Below are positions 62,179-64,000 of a DNA stretch of 64,000 nucleotides, in pieces; position 1 is the first letter of the stretch, and every line of letters begins with the position of its first letter. Origin of the DNA: Octopus vulgaris (taxonomy: Eukaryota); NCBI GenBank assembly GCA_951406725.2, contig OX597815.1:137392001-137456000 (forward strand), read 5' to 3'. The position numbers and the translations under genes were made by a program. The notes beneath the pieces were generated by a model. That model did not search any database, had not been told where the DNA came from, and saw only the letters and a list, made by a program, of their open reading frames with translations.

Positions 62179-63464
62179 ATATGCACATAATCTTGCAAAT
62201 TTTAATTTTATGATGTCTGTGTGTGTGTGAGCGCGTGAATATGTGTGCGTGTGTGTGTTCGTATGCGTATGTGTATGTGTGTGTGTGACTTTACGTTTGT
62301 TTTTTTCTTCTTTGTTCACACATGTTCCTAAACACATAAATGCGCTTTATACCCATACATCTGAACACGTATCCATCGTACACACTATAACATGCACAAC
62401 AGAGAATTAGACGCTTAAAAACATTCATTGCTTGCAGCATGCATAAACTTACTGTGGATAAAGGAGGTCAGCCTAATTCAGCCGCTTATGTTCCTAAGCT
62501 CGGAAATATCTGAATAGATTCAAAATACCCAATCACTGGTACTCATTTCAAATGCATATATTGAAATGCACAAATGCACATGAATATGCAACAACCGATC
62601 CACTAGTAGAGTCAGACAGAGAGGTTAATTTTATCTTGCTACATTCTATTTGCTACATTCTTCATGAAAATCTCTAATGATATGTCCGTCAAATAAAAAA
62701 AAAACATAATATTGATTCTTACACACATCTGTTATTGGAGTGTTCGGAGAAAGCTTTGGATTTTTATTGTTTCCATTAGTTTTTTTTTTAACTGCAGGTC
62801 ACTTTTGATTGGCTGTACAGGATGATAATGTATATAAATGAATATCTATTATCAAGAACATACCGGTTTCATCTTTTCAGGTATTTTACCTTAATTATTC
62901 ATTTTTCTCTCTTTTAAGATGGTAAATCATGACTTTAGAGAGAAATTTGACTCCTACTTCCAGCAGGTCCAGATTCATCATAGAGCCCACAGCGTCAGCT
63001 TGTGCAAATCTTAAATAATAATCTTTGAGCCTGAGAAGGTTTCAATGCTGTCTGATGTGCGTGTGTGTGTGAGTGTCCAAGCGTTCGGACATGTGTCAGT
63101 TTTTGTATCAAAGTGTATAGCAGTATGTGGTTGTGTATAAGATAGCGTGTGTATCTGTGCATCCGTATATGTTTGTGTGTAAGGAAAACAGTTTCCGTTT
63201 GCATTATTTTAAATAATCAATCAACACGATTTTTATTTCTTTCCAGCTTCTAAATCTTTTTTCTTAAAATTTTTTTTACAAGTTGGAGAAGTGGTTTCTG
63301 TCCATTTTAAATATTACAATAATAATAAGATATATAAAGGAGAAAAAAAAGAAAAACATTGTTTCCAAATTTCTCAATAGTTACATCATAAATAATACTT
63401 ACAAATAAACAGAAACACATATTATGTTTATATTTATACGAAGAATATAAAGATAATTATATTC

Positions 63465-63560
63465 CAACATACGTACATTCGAACATACATTCATACATAC
63501 ATACATACATACATACATACATACATACATACATACATACATACATACATACATACATAC

Positions 63561-63591
<31 letters not shown>

Positions 63592-63770
63592 GTACTTATG
63601 TATGTATGTGTATGTATATGTATGAACGTCTATATGTATATACAAAAATAGAGAGGAAGGTTGGATGGATATAGACGAGAGGGATATGAAATGCGTTTAT
63701 AGGCGAGTGATTGTGATGCGTACATATATGTATGCAAGCGCGCGCATATATATATGTACATATATGTATG

Positions 63771-63830
<60 letters not shown>

Positions 63831-63958
63831 CACATACACATATGCATATACAATCATGCGTATAAATAATCCAACTAATCCAGTCCATATCAAAATATAT
63901 AAATGTACACGCACACTCACATACATATATGTACGTACGAATATATATATATATATAT
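63465..63958. repeat. (CATA)n/(TA)n microsatellite region
   Basis: Directly visible. Confidence 0.9.
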
Positions 63959-64000
63959 AATTCATATTGAAACAATTGAGACACACAGTAATGTTTACAT

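Noticed and set aside
63960-64000. GAAACAATTG as another hammerhead 3' half
   Set aside because: Followed by AG rather than TA, and no upstream core is visible.

Overview
This is AT-rich eukaryotic DNA, very dense in microsatellites, and made up almost entirely of transposable elements and simple repeats. The SINE families resemble those I recall from Octopus (inference, not a database result). I recognise no host protein-coding exon, rRNA, true tRNA gene or CRISPR array, and nearly all ORFs in the track are translations of microsatellites. Retroelements: a 5'-truncated Naiad-type Penelope-like element (RT + GIY-YIG) with a hammerhead ribozyme at its 3' end; R4/Dong, RTE and CRE LINE remnants; a young non-autonomous LTR element (620-bp LTRs, tRNA-Trp PBS, 4-bp TSD); a deleted Gypsy; and four SINE families. 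DNA transposons: hAT, Tc1, mariner and MITE remnants. The most interesting signals are: (1) at least six type-I hammerhead motifs, most in 150-250 bp non-coding stubs anchored in (TA)n tracts, including a fold-back twin hammerhead and a U3-A8 core variant; (2) apparent partitioning of microsatellite types among retroelement clades; (3) SINE arrays joined at one recurrent internal GGTATT microhomology; (4) a SINE split by a two-piece inverted-plus-direct templated insertion copied from about 0.9 kb downstream; (5) a highly structured bipartite RTE-derived non-coding element. All structures and alignments were made by eye, and boundaries of degraded elements are approximate.
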